A stretch of 64,000 nt of DNA from Nemertoderma westbladi. Lineage: Eukaryota; Animalia; Xenacoelomorpha. The position numbers and the translations under genes were made by a program. A model generated the notes under the pieces. That model was not told where the DNA came from. It searched no databases and worked only from the letters and a program-made list of their open reading frames with translations. The stretch spans positions 1 through 64,000 of the forward strand of contig JAUCBJ010006622.1 of NCBI GenBank assembly GCA_032718475.1. The letters are read 5' to 3'. Position 1 is the first letter of the stretch, and every line of letters starts with the position of its first letter. This document shows, piece by piece, positions 24,157-35,928 of the stretch.

Positions 24157-26113
24157 TGTTTTATTTTACTTTTTTTACCGGGAGAAAAAGTAAAATCAAT
24201 GCAAAAGTATGGCTCTATGGTGCATTATTATGTGGCAATATTATTCAATATTATTGCAGGTTGCTGTGTTGCCGACTTTGCAAAAGCTGTGCCCAACAAA
24301 AAGTTACAATATTCAGATATTATGGGGACAACTTTTTCCCTGCTAGTGGGGAAAAAAAGTAGGCCTACTACTTTTAGGGCATATTCAAGCAAAAAAGTAA
24401 CAATATAAAAATATAAGTTCTTTAAGCTCTGTACTTCGTTTTATATGTCTACCATCTGATCAGCCACCCCACTGCACCCCTACCAGTAGCCTTTTTAAGT
24501 ATAAGCCTTTTTAAACTAATACTGAATATGTTTTAAATATTATATTTCACACACTCAGACACTACCCTAGGCCTACATCAGTTTATTTTTTTACCTTTGC
24601 AATACAGTAACAAGCTAACAACTACTGAACTAGGGCAACTATGACTTCTGTCTGTATCTGACTATGCTGCTATGAAATTCAAATTTGGGGTATAACTCAA
24701 ATTTAGAGAATTAACCTAACCTTGTATTAAATTTGAGGTAATTCCAAAATTGGGTCTATAATTTGAAATTTGAGGTATTCTCAAATTAGATGATCTCCCT
24801 GACTGTCTGTAACCTGTCCCTTTCCCTCAATTAGTTAAATGATCGTTTATTGTTTTGGTTAGAAAAACCCGCCTCTGTAACCTGCCCCATTCCCCCAATT
24901 AGTTAAATGATCATTTATTGTTTTGGTTAGAAAATCCCGCCTCTGTAACCTGCTCCTTTCCCTGAATTGGTAAAGTGACATTTTATTGTTTTGGTTAGAA
25001 AGGCCCGCCTCTGTAACCTGCCCCTTTTCCTCAATTAGTTAAATGATCGTTTATTTGTTTTGGTTAGAAAATCCCGCCTCTGTAACCTGCTCCTTTCCCT
25101 CAATTAGTTAAGTGATCGTTTATTGTTTTGGTTAGAAAATTCCGCCTCTGTAACCTGTCCCTTTCCCTCAATTAGTTAAATGATCGTTTATTGTTTTGGT
25201 TAGAAAATCACGCCTCTGTAACCTGCTCCTTTCCCTCAATAAGTTAAGTGATCGTTTATTGTTTTGGTTAGAAAATCCCGCCTCTGTAACCTGCTCCTTT
25301 CCCTCAATTAGTTAAGTGATCGTTTATTGTTTTGGTTAGAAAATCCCGTCTCTGTAACCTGCTCCTTTCCCTGATTTGGTAAAGTGACTGTTTATTGTTT
25401 TGGTTAGAAAACTCGGCCTTAACCTGCTCCTTTCCATCAATTGGTAATTGTTTTTGGCTATAAAATGAGTGTTTTGCTACGTCATGTGGTAATCGATTAT
25501 CGACAACAACCACAAACGATTAAATATAGAGTCTTTTTACCACAGGCGCATATGGAAATCTATCTCATAGTCTATAAATCATGGAATCATGGAATGTTTT
25601 GGCACAGGCATAGTGAAATCAACTGTCTGACAGTCCAGAAATCAGCAGTCTGACAGTTTGAAGAAATACATACATAAAAAGTCATTAAAAGGACAATAAA
25701 AGGCATTAAAAGGACAACAAAAGTCATTATGCATAATTCGTAAAAAAAAGGACAAAAAAAGTCAAATAAAGGACATAAAAAATCACTGCCAATTGCTAAT
25801 ACTGTAATACAACAGTAATAGTCTGATAGTGTTGTGGTAATAGGCCAATAATGGAAATGATCTACTATGCTACTCTGTACTTCAGTAACTGTACTGTACT
25901 TCCTGACTTCAGACATACAGTAGTTCTTCTGATTCTGACTCTAACAGTCTAACTAACAGACTAAACGAAAGACTAGGCTATACCGTCACTCCTAACAGCC
26001 TAAGTCTATTCAGCTATTGAGCTCAATTTTAAAGTTCAGATCAGACTGTGTCTGCCAACTAGGCCTACTAGGGTATAACTTTTCGCCATATCCGTTCCGT
26101 ATCCGTTCCGTCA

Positions 26114-27151
26114 CCTAAAAGGTGCCACCCTGCTCCATAGCGCGGGAAATTCAAATGATTGAAAGACATGTTATTTGTACTGGAAAGGGTGGCAGATCAG
26201 ATCTGCCACCTATTTATTGGCGGTAAATTCAAATCTGTTTTAACATTGAATACATGAATAGAGTAAGACTAATGTAATGTAATGTAGGTAACTGGCTGGT
26301 TACCTAGTCTGGGACTTCGAGTAGCACGTGAACAACTAAACCAGCACGTTAACTAGTCCGGGGCTTCGAGCAGCACGTAAATAACTAAGCTGACTGGTTA
26401 ACTTGTCTGGTACATGTCTGGGAGTGGGCTTGGACAGATATAGCAGTATAGGCAGAGGCATTATACACCTATTTGTTATTACAGTAGGCCTACCTGCGAT
26501 ATATTTTACTATCAGTTCCCTGCTATATTGTTATAATTATAATGTTCTGATGTAATTATAACTGATACAAGCAAATAATAAATGTTCTTTACATTTTACT
26601 GATAGAAGTTAGGCCAAATCCCCCCACTCCCCCCCCCCCCCTCCTCAATTTGCAATTTTGCTCGAAGTCCCAAACTAGTTAACCAGTCAGCTTAGTTGTT
26701 CACGAGCTACTGGAAGTCCCAGAGGCTAGTTAACCAGTCAGCTTAATTGTTCATGTGCTGCTCGAAATCCCAGACTTGTTAGCCAGTCAGCTTAGTTGTT
26801 CACGTGCTACTGGAAGTGCCAGACTAGTTAATGTGCTGGTGTAGTTGTTCATGTGCTGCTCTATGCCCCAGACTAGTTAACGTCAGGTTTAGTTGTTCAC
26901 GTGCTGCTCGAAGTCCCAGAATATTTAAAACTAAAACAACAACAATAACGGATGAGTGAGTTAAACCGATAAGAAATAATTTATTCTGATTCAATGAATA
27001 CATTAGTCTTACTCTATTCATGTATTCAATGTTAAAGCAGATTTGAATTTACCGCCAAAATATAGGTGGCAGATCTGATCGGCCACCCTTTCCAATACAA
27101 ATTACATGTCTTTCAATCATTTGAATTTCCCGCGCTATGGAGCCTTTTAGG
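26114..27151. mobile_element. Fold-back element with ~160-bp inverted arms and internal ~48-bp repeats in both orientations
   Basis: cctaaaagg..ctccatagcgcgggaaattcaaatgattgaaagacatg...agtaagactaatg mirrored at ~27001-27151; right flank cut by the Gypsy LTR. Confidence 0.75.
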
Positions 27152-27859
27152 GACTTGTTACGCACGCGTATTGTTACAACTGTATTATAACTTGCGCACC
27201 ACCTAGCGGCCAGTATCGGTCTAACAATTACAATACATTAACTTTCATTTACTGGTAGATGGCTCATTCAATTACATAGTATAAAAGTAGCCAGAAGTTC
27301 TTATAACCGGTTGGTACCGGGAGAGAATATTAAGATTATTATTAATTATCTTTAGAACACATAATAATTATTATGTACACATTTTAATTAAATTATAAAA
27401 TACTGATTATTGATTACCAATGAAACTGAAAACCTTTTTCATTTTATATATTATCTCTATTATTCTACGGCGCGCCCTCACCCACACTCTATCCGTACCC
27501 GTCGCAGTCACTTCAGCAGTCTCCTGGAGTGATCTGACATGGAGATCAAAACCGAGATCGAGATGAACACGGAAACTGAGATGAACTCATAGATCGACAC
27601 CGAGGTCGAAATCGAGAGAAAATCAATCTGATAACGACACTGGCCGCACATCCGAGAACACGCTATTTACAGTATACGATAAAAGACTTTCTCACAATGG
27701 CTTACGGAGGATTAGAAGAAGATCTGTTAGTAGGAGACACAAATACCTCAACTGTATAGTTTAGAGAACAACCTATTACTGGTGAGCTTCTAGGTCGTAG
27801 ACTATTCTCTGATACAGGTATACAGTGTACATGCAAATTCTATAGTAAATATAATTAAT

Positions 27860-28720
27860 GATAACAATAATACTCACATATTCGTAAAACCAAGTAAATA
27901 TAGTGGTGAGAAAACTCTCCCAGGGGATACTGATGTACCACCCGTGGACGTATGGTTAGGAAGTTTTGAGCGGGACAATTGGTCGTTAGGTAAATGTACA
28001 ACAGTTTTACCTGGATATTTAGAGGGAAAAGCGGGCAGATGGTACGACCAAATTATCGGGCGTTTGGAGTTACTTCCCTTTCCCTTCCAGGAACTTAAAC
28101 AACAATAATCGTTGTTACGTTTTAGCCATGATGAGAGTCAAACTTATTCTTATACAATTTTTTCAGCTATGAAACAGGAAACGAATGAGAGTGTAGACGA
28201 TTTTTATTTTATGAAAGACTTATGCAAGTGGCAAAGCGTGCATTAAGTACTAGTAATAGTACTGTAGAGATATGCGAATTCGAGTGAGGGATAGATTTTT
28301 ACATGGTTTACAGAAGGTAATTTTATCTAGAGTGAGTGAGAAAGTCAAAGCAACGGATGACTTAGATTCTGTGGTTGCTATAGCGCGGCACATAGAGCAA
28401 AGTGTGAGGCTTGAAAACCCAAACTTATCCTTGCCACTGACTCGAGCAGATTTGGACCAGGTATTCAATCCCAATACAATAGTAAGCAGTTATAGAGAAA
28501 ATAATAGAGATCAAGCTAAGGATAGTAATTCCCAGTCTTTAACTCACCGACTTGCAAATTTAGAAACGGCTGTTGACAAACTTGTAACTGCACTAGACCG
28601 GCAACAGTAGGTCCCTTAGCACAAAATAATAAGGCAACTATCGTTTGTGACATTTATTTTAAAGCTGGCCATAAAACTATCTATTGCTTTCGGCATCCAA
28701 ACCGGCAAAATCAACATTTA
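27860..28720 (+). pseudogene. Retrotransposon gag remnant
   Basis: KPSKYSGE...WL..FE..NW...YLEGKAGRWY...ELKQ, MKQETNESVDDF, RDRFLHGL, degenerate zinc knuckle CDI(Y)FKAGHKTIYC; several stops and frameshifts. Confidence 0.75.
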
Positions 28721-29149
28721 TCTTAATATCCAGCACCGCCAAGATTTAATCGTTTTAATGGCCACAGTAGTAATCCAAGTTGGATAAACAGGGGACAAAG
28801 AAATTTTCAACACAGTAGAACTTGGCGACAACAAAATTACAACGGCCATCCGCAGCAACACCAGCTTTATAATAGTTTTCACCTGTTGATTCAGTATTGA
28901 GTATTATCAATCTGAATCTAGACCTTATTATAACAGAAATACCGATAGTAATATATCAAACCAAAATAATGGTAATAGGAATTATACAGTACACACCAAT
29001 GATAATGCAATAAGAAACACAGCTCCAATACATAATCAAAATACATCAACAGTTGGTAATCCTACATTTTTCCCAAGCAACAGACATCCCCCACCGTCAT
29101 CTTTCAATAATAAGACTGTAATAGTGAATTTTACAGAAACACCCCCTCA

Positions 29150-29432
29150 TGATATGTTCCTTGACGTAATTTTATAGGGCCGTTATATTGAGTCAGGTGT
29201 CGTAGATACAGGCGCCCAAACTACTATGATTAGCGAACGATTGTTGAATAAAGTACAACCGGGTACAGTAATTGAACCAATTGGAATATATCTACGGGAT
29301 TTTTGCGGGAACGACCATCCTTATTTTAGGTGCCGTTTGGTTAAACATTGAAGCAGGAGGGCGTACAGCGTTGGTTCGTGCTTTAGTTGCCAAAGCGTTA
29401 GAATGTAATTCTGGAATTATTTTGGGCTTGAG
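29150..29432 (+). pseudogene. Gypsy aspartic protease remnant (continues after 52986)
   Basis: VVDTGAQTTMISERLL...GIILGL joins RTLGALCVHINC once the solo LTR is removed. Confidence 0.8.
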
Positions 29433-30019
29433 TGTAAGCGGATTCAATTCCGCCTCATTACCCTCATAAAATGGGATCGTGGCATTTTCAGCAATATGTT
29501 GGAGATATGAGATTAGCAATAATTAATCTCGTATCACAACCAACATTGGGGGACAGTACAAACCCCGAAGCCACACACAAACGAAGGTTAGAGGTCAAAC
29601 CACCTCGGAGGGGACACAGCTAGCAGGGGCTAGCAACAGAGGGGAAACACTCCCAGAGAGTGGAAGGGTGAGAAGTAGGTTGTTAGCCAATAGGGGCAAA
29701 GGAGAGCATCCACTAGGTAGCAGGCCAAGGTAGCATAGTAGTGAAGTAATCATATATTATCTCCTACATACCGGTTTGTCATTCAGTTTACCCAGTTACC
29801 AGTTTCAGTGCAGACCGGCAACATTGTCTTACCGTCGACACCAAGTGCTGTTATATGCTGTCATCATATATTTTATCTTCTACATACTGTTTATTAACTG
29901 TGCTGTTATTATACTTATATATTGGAACGCGATGAGCATCAAACTCAAACATTTTCTCCAACGGCCTTGGCCAAGTTACCTGATAACATCAGCCTACGGC
30001 GACGCGTACGAGCATTAAC

Positions 30020-30404
30020 AGTAGTAGGCCATCTGTCACCATCAATATTGATTCGTGTCGATGCCTTCAACCAATCGTTGCCTATCGCCTACGCGTAGCC
30101 TAACCTCACGATGCCTGCCTTACTCGATAGCTGTTACCAACCGTGAGTATTGATTCGTGTTGTTGCATCAACCAACCATCGCATATTCATCTTCGCGTAA
30201 CCTAACTTCACGATGCATGGCTAGCCCCCACTACACTATTATATTATATCGATTGCCAACTCACCACCGCTAGCCACGCACGGCTACTCCTCGACGGCTG
30301 TCGCCAAATCAATCCAACCAACCAAGCAGCCTACCAGTCCAACGCTATGATACGTGAAATTCCGCCACGTTCCAGCTACACGTATACGAACATTTCCATA
30401 GTTA
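30020..30404 (+). repeat. Polinton left TIR
   Basis: 30029-30404 is the reverse complement of 52470-52845 with about five mismatches by eye. Confidence 0.93.
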
Positions 30405-30726
30405 CTCAACCTAACCTAACCAATCCCACAGCATCTGTGTCATATTGAAAGGCTACCACCACCACCACTAACATTATACTGCGCGTTTTTATTATAATAA
30501 TTATTGATTATTATTACACACAACCCTATGATTCATATTCTTTCACGTATTTCCTATCCACGCAATCAACCAGCCAGCTATTCATCCACGTTGCTCCCCA
30601 TCTCTTTTCTTATTCGTTGATGATTATGACACGTACCATCTCTTCTTCGTTGACTATGCCACATCGCAAATTCATATATATATAAGTGAATGTTTTTAAT
30701 AAAATTCATCACTTGTAATCTTCATG

Positions 30727-31013
30727 GTAATATATTGATACCATATCTAATTTTTTTTGTTCTCACTCTGACATTGTGTTTTTTCCTTAATAATTTATAC
30801 ATTATCTTATTCGTTGTATATATAAGTGGTCAGAAATTCATACAAGATTGAAGATGATACTTAACTTATCTACATCGTTAAGTATCATCTTCTCTCTTGT
30901 GTGAGATACTTAATGATGTAGATAAGTTAAGTATTATCTTTTGTCTTGTGTTAGTTTCTGACCACTTATATATACCCAATTTTAGAGTGAGAACTATGGT
31001 GTCAATTTATTAC
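30727..31013. promoter_or_regulatory. ~287-bp imperfect palindrome with two oppositely oriented TATATAAG boxes (putative promoter/origin)
   Basis: gtaatatattgataccata / tatggtgtcaatttattac, tatatataagtggtcagaaa / tttctgaccacttatatata, gatacttaacttatctacatc / gatgtagataagttaagtat; palindrome is seen, function is inferred. Confidence 0.5.
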
Positions 31014-31067
31014 AGCGATACGGTTTAAAATTTATCACTTGTAATATTTTTCGTATTTATTATTATT

Positions 31068-32129
31068 ATGGCCTTAACGCAAAAAACCGGAGCAACAAAT
31101 AGCTGGAAATTTACTTACAATAAATATACTTGTACCGTCGTTTACAGCAAGTATTTTATTGTGGAATCTCAGGAGGACAACGAATAAATTTGTTTTTCCC
31201 ATCAAGATACCCGCTATTTGTTAGACATTCTAGAAACAACCAACAACCAACATCAATCCAGACCAGCAATTATACCAGGTAGGATATATCCCACTCTTCG
31301 TTTTGCGCGGGGAAATTTGAATATTTCCATCAACCCTACATCGGGTGATGTTTACGTTCAGAAACAAGGCAAATGTAAAGTTCTCAACAAAGCTTTTACT
31401 GAAGTTCTAATTCAATACAGAGGGAAATTATTGCAATTTCTCTCTCCACCGCTAGAGATTATTAGCGATAAATTCTACATTGAATTATCAAATCCAGAGT
31501 TTATTGGATTTGTAACAGCTTTTAAAGGAACCAACTATGTTGGCTTATGGAAAATCAGCCTCAGATACACTGATAGTGTTGGTTTTAACTATTATACGGG
31601 TTTCAATTTGTCAAAACAGGAACTAACCGTTTTGTTGCGAGAGTGGGACAACCAAGTCGATGAAACAGACAAGCATCTTTTTGATAAAAATATCATTCAA
31701 TTATCAGACCGTCTCAAAATGATTAAAACCAATAATAAAAAAATTATTATCACCAACACCGATAATTCTACTGAAGTAGGTTCCGGCGGAAATTCTATCG
31801 AGTTGCATTACTTGAATGATAAAGCCCATATTAGTTTTCTCAAAGAATCGATGGATGGTGTTTCTCTTACTGAAGCCCATGTTGACGGTTTTGTCCTTTT
31901 GGATAAACCTAAAGCGTTCGTAGAGATCCCATCACCTAATCCAGATGTTGAAGAGAGTTGCTCTCAACCGCAACAGGTCTTTCCTGAAATATTACCTCGG
32001 AAGCCAAGATCATCGAGTAAATTTACCAACGCATCATCTGCAAAGAAACAGAAAGTTGTCAGTAACCCAGTTCTAGTAGAGCCTGTTACTAATTCTCCAT
32101 GGAAACCAGTTTATTATCCTAACATGTAA
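31068..32129 (+). pseudogene. Polinton ORF with PC4-like (ssDNA-binding/coactivator) motif; one in-frame TAA at 31185
   Basis: ATG 31068 is in frame with 31218-32129; FVTAFKGTNYVGLWK...GFNLSKQEL resembles the PC4 pattern V..FKG..YV.IR...G..L...Q. Confidence 0.45.
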
Positions 32130-34083
32130 GCCTAATCATAAGTTAAACTCTTTGCGGTTTCCAATAGTCATAAGCGATTGGCGATTGGTTTAAAATTATT
32201 TCCCTCGCTAGCATATAAATGTTTAGATGTAGTCAATATCATATCATTTCATTTTATTTTAATCTTTGGAGATATTTTATTATTATTATTATTATTTATC
32301 TAAACAAACTTCAACATGGATAAAATAACAATATGTTGTTCATTCTGTCATATGAATGTAACTAGACATAATTATTTACGCCACCTATGGTCACATTTTG
32401 AAAGTTATTCTTGTTTAAAGTGTCATGTCGTGACTTCATGCAGCGAAATTTGTAAACGACATGAAACGACTACTGGTTGTAAAGAAATGGAGTTCCGCAC
32501 CTATCAATTGACTTGTTCTACCTGTAATAAAGAGTATACATATGACAATTATTTACGACACGATTGTCACTTGAAATGTTACTACACAAGAAAGCGTAAA
32601 TCTCCGCAACATAAAAATATATTATCTAGAAAAAACTTAAGGGTGGCTCTTGGTACATGCGCAACAATTTTTACGCGGGAACAAGAAGCTCACGATAATC
32701 GTCTTGAAATTTATGTCCACGACCTCCCAACTTCTAGAGATTATCCCGATGTAGAAACAGCAGTGACGCAATTTCGAGGTAATATTCTTCAGTTAATATT
32801 AGATAGATTGAAAGAAATGAATGTTCTTAGACTGTGGTTAGGTCTAAATGTATTAATGTACAGGTCACATTTTTCAGAAGGTGAGCAATTGGAAACCTTT
32901 TATTTTAATTCTTCCGGTGGTGCTATTAATACTGTAGATTCGCCGCAAAGTTTTGACACATGGTTTGAGTATGTGCTGGGGAATATATTACAAAAAATAG
33001 CCATCTTTAACACACGTGGTTCTGGGTGGCGTATTAAATCTTTATTAAGGGTTGAAATTAAATTAGCTGAATCTAAGTGTAGGTCGTTACTATATAAGGG
33101 GCATGGGTATATGGAATTACCTAAAGCTCTATCAGGTAAACAGTGTGTTATAAATGTACAATCGGCTGATAATGACTGTTTTAAATGGGCAATTATATCT
33201 GCAAAATTTAGTAGCAAAGTGAAAAACAACAAACAGCGTACTTCATCGTACAAAAATTATATGACTCATTTCATTTTTGACAACGGGAACAAAGATTATC
33301 CAACAGAGTGGCAGTTAGCAATTAAACTTTTTGAAAAACAAAATTCAAAATATATAATTAATTTACTATGTTGGAATAACGACAACAAACACACCCCGGT
33401 ATCTATATTAAGACAACCTCCGTTTAGTAAAATTACACGTGATAAACAGTTATTAAATATATTACTTGTAGTAAAAAATAACAATGTACCTAAACTGAAT
33501 CATTATGTTTGCATAACTAACTTGAATCGATTGCTGAATACGAGAGCACTTCATATCAGGAATAGGAAATATTGCGAAAGGTGTTTGGCTCATTTTTTTC
33601 AAGCGGAAGTTCTTCATCGACACCGTCTCGCCTGCTACCAAGGAAGAAGTCAGCGCGAGAAACTACCTAATAAAAAAAGAACACACATTAGTTTTACAAA
33701 TTTAGATAGAACCTTATCCCCATTGTTTGTCACCTACTTTGATATAGAATGTATCTTACAACCGTCAGTTAATAATCAAATTATACAGGAGCATATACCG
33801 TGTGCTGTGAGTTATTTAATTGTTCCCAATACTGAATTAATTGATGCTCCAAAATGTCATTTGAAAACATTCGTAAAGTCAAATAATAATAATTGTATTC
33901 AAGATTTCTTAGATTCATTATATACTGATTTAACTGAATTATGTTGTTGGTCAGAAATATACACACATAAAACTATGTCATTTACTATTGATTTTGTAAA
34001 TTTTGAACAAGCAAAATTTTGTTTTTATTGTAATGTTACTTTAAATAATAATGTTGGGAAAAACAGACACCATTCACATATTA

Positions 34084-34460
34084 GGGGCCGTCCAAGTATG
34101 ACGTCTGCACTTTTCTCCAAAATGTTGACCCCCTCCCTCCCCTAAATCAGATGTCATCAGATAGGCGTTGACACCCCCCCTCCCCTAAATCAGATTAAAA
34201 AAAAATGTTCGCGTGCTAATCACTGAAACATGGTGACTGGTAACTGAAACAGAAGGTTGTGCTACGGGCCTTCTGGGGCTTCGAACAATTAAAATAGGCA
34301 AGCTAATTACTCTTCTGCTATATATCTTCTAGCACCTATAAATGAACATGCTGACGTCAGATTTTGGCTGACCCCCTCCCCTCCCCTCATCAGCACGTCA
34401 TCAGATTTTCCCAACCCCCCTCCCCACCTGAAAGTGCTGACGTCATACTTGGACGGCCCC
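34084..34460. mobile_element. PIF/Harbinger MITE in pPolB
   Basis: TIR GGGGCCGTCCAAGTATGACGTC, TTA TSD (34081-34083, 34461-34463); excision restores H-I-T-G-K-Y. Confidence 0.93.
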
Positions 34461-35603
34461 TTACAGGTAAATATATTGCGGCAGCCTGTAATAGTTGTAA
34501 CCGAAGTTTATCATTGAAACGATACCTGTATGTACTTTGCGGGCACAATTCCAACAATTACGATATACATTGTATATTACAAAGCGGATTTAGAGATAAG
34601 AAATACACAGATTGGGATATAAAGGTTATACCGAGAAATACAGAACGATATATTTCACTGAGTGCCTTTATCCCAATTAAAAACACTTCTAAGAAAATTG
34701 AGTTACGTTTCTTAGACACATATCAATTTTTAAGCTTTTCTTTAAGTAATTTAGTTGAGTGTTCAACAAAGGATGTAGCCAGTCATGATATAAGCTCAAT
34801 TTTACCTATTACTCTACAAGAAATGAAATATTTTTATCCAAACTTGAATAACTCAACGATTAAACGGAAAGGAGTATTTCCATACGAGTACTTGACAGAT
34901 ATAAATAAATTTAATGATACTGGTTTGCCGTCTATAAATAATTTTTTTAGTAACTTAAGTCAAAAAACATGCACAATTGAAGATTATAGGTTTGCGGGAA
35001 TATCATGGGTAGAATTCGACTGTGTGAATCTCAAAAGATTATCTTTTAGCCTATTTAAAACTCGATGTTTGTTTGCTTGCCGATATATTTGAGAATTTTA
35101 GGAATGTTTGTAAACAAAATTACGATTTAGAAGCGGTTTTTTACTGTCGTATCGCGTCATTTACCTATGATTGCGCGCTAAAATATAATAAATGTAAAAT
35201 AGAATTAATAAAGGATTATCAGACATATAGAGATTTTGAAAAATCAATTAGGGGTGGTGTTTCATTTTGTCGAAAACATTATATAGAATCAAATATACCA
35301 GGTACAAGTACATATGATTCTACTAAGGAAGAATGCCATATTTTTAATATTGATTTCAACTCTTTATATTCTGGGAATTTAAGTAAAAAACTGAAGATTC
35401 AAAGAAGTAAGTATTAAACAACAAAAAGTTTACCACGAGCTAGAGGTAACGAGTTTTATTGCTCACCGTGTTTAAGTAGACCCGGTCGTGACACTGCTGT
35501 ACTGCTGTACTGACGGACTGAGGCTGACAGATAGCAGACACCTTGGCGCCAATATTAGGATTCTTGGCTGCGGTTTTGGTTTTTTTGGTTTTTGGGTTTT
35601 CGA

Positions 35604-35928
35604 AATGGGGAGGTGTTGTGGGTGCAATAACTTGATTGGCAAATGCAAGAAATGCGTTTGCGCTCACGCCAAGCGGGCCTGCGAAAAGTGTGGTCCGGGG
35701 ACAACAGGGCGGTGCGAAAACCCCTTCGGAACCGGTCAATCCTGTTCTCAGCCGACAGCGTCAGCGTTGTCAACAGTTGACTGTCAGGTGGCGCCTGCAC
35801 GCATATCTTCCTCGCAACCGTTGGATCTGAATGTTACCTCTCCAGATGAAACCCTAACGGATCTAGACAATACTCTCGGTCCAAACGGGTCGATCAACCC
35901 GACATCACGGCGCCTGATGCTGGGGTGA
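35604..35928 (+). CDS. Cys-rich N-terminal segment of the CRE ORF (different frame from the RT ORF)
   Basis: MGRCCGCN...CKKCVC...CEKC......CEN; overlaps the main ORF in a shifted frame. Confidence 0.6.

Larger units (their letters stand above)
18521..24805. mobile_element. Non-autonomous TIR element with 5-bp TSD (possibly hAT5-like), carrying a LINE insertion
   Basis: 17-bp TIR CAGTCAGGGAGATCATC...GATGATCTCCCTGACTG; TCTGT duplicated at 18516-18520 and 24806-24810; caaatttgagg subterminal repeats. Confidence 0.88.
18307..25440 (+). repeat. ~68-bp tandem array (about 3 + 9 copies) split by the 18521-24805 insertion
   Basis: Unit cctctgtaacctgctcctttccctcaattagttaaatgatcgtttattgttttggttagaaaatcccg at 18307-18520 resumes in register at 24806-25440. 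Confidence 0.9.
11081..25790. mobile_element. Old non-autonomous Mutator/MULE-like element acting as host for nested insertions
   Basis: 9-bp TSD AATTGCTAA at 11072-11080 and 25791-25799; imperfect TIR cgcaataattttttattgtcc vs ggcagtgattttttatgtcc (revcomp of right end); mirrored gtcctttt/aaaaggac subterminal repeats. Confidence 0.7.

Noticed and set aside
18307-25440. 68-bp array as a CRISPR-like array
   Set aside because: Head-to-tail near-identical units with no unique spacers; eukaryotic context; no cas genes
29737-29750. AGTAGT as alternative Polinton left terminus
   Set aside because: No matching right end or TSD; 30020 has both the matching 9-bp tip and the ATTAAC TSD
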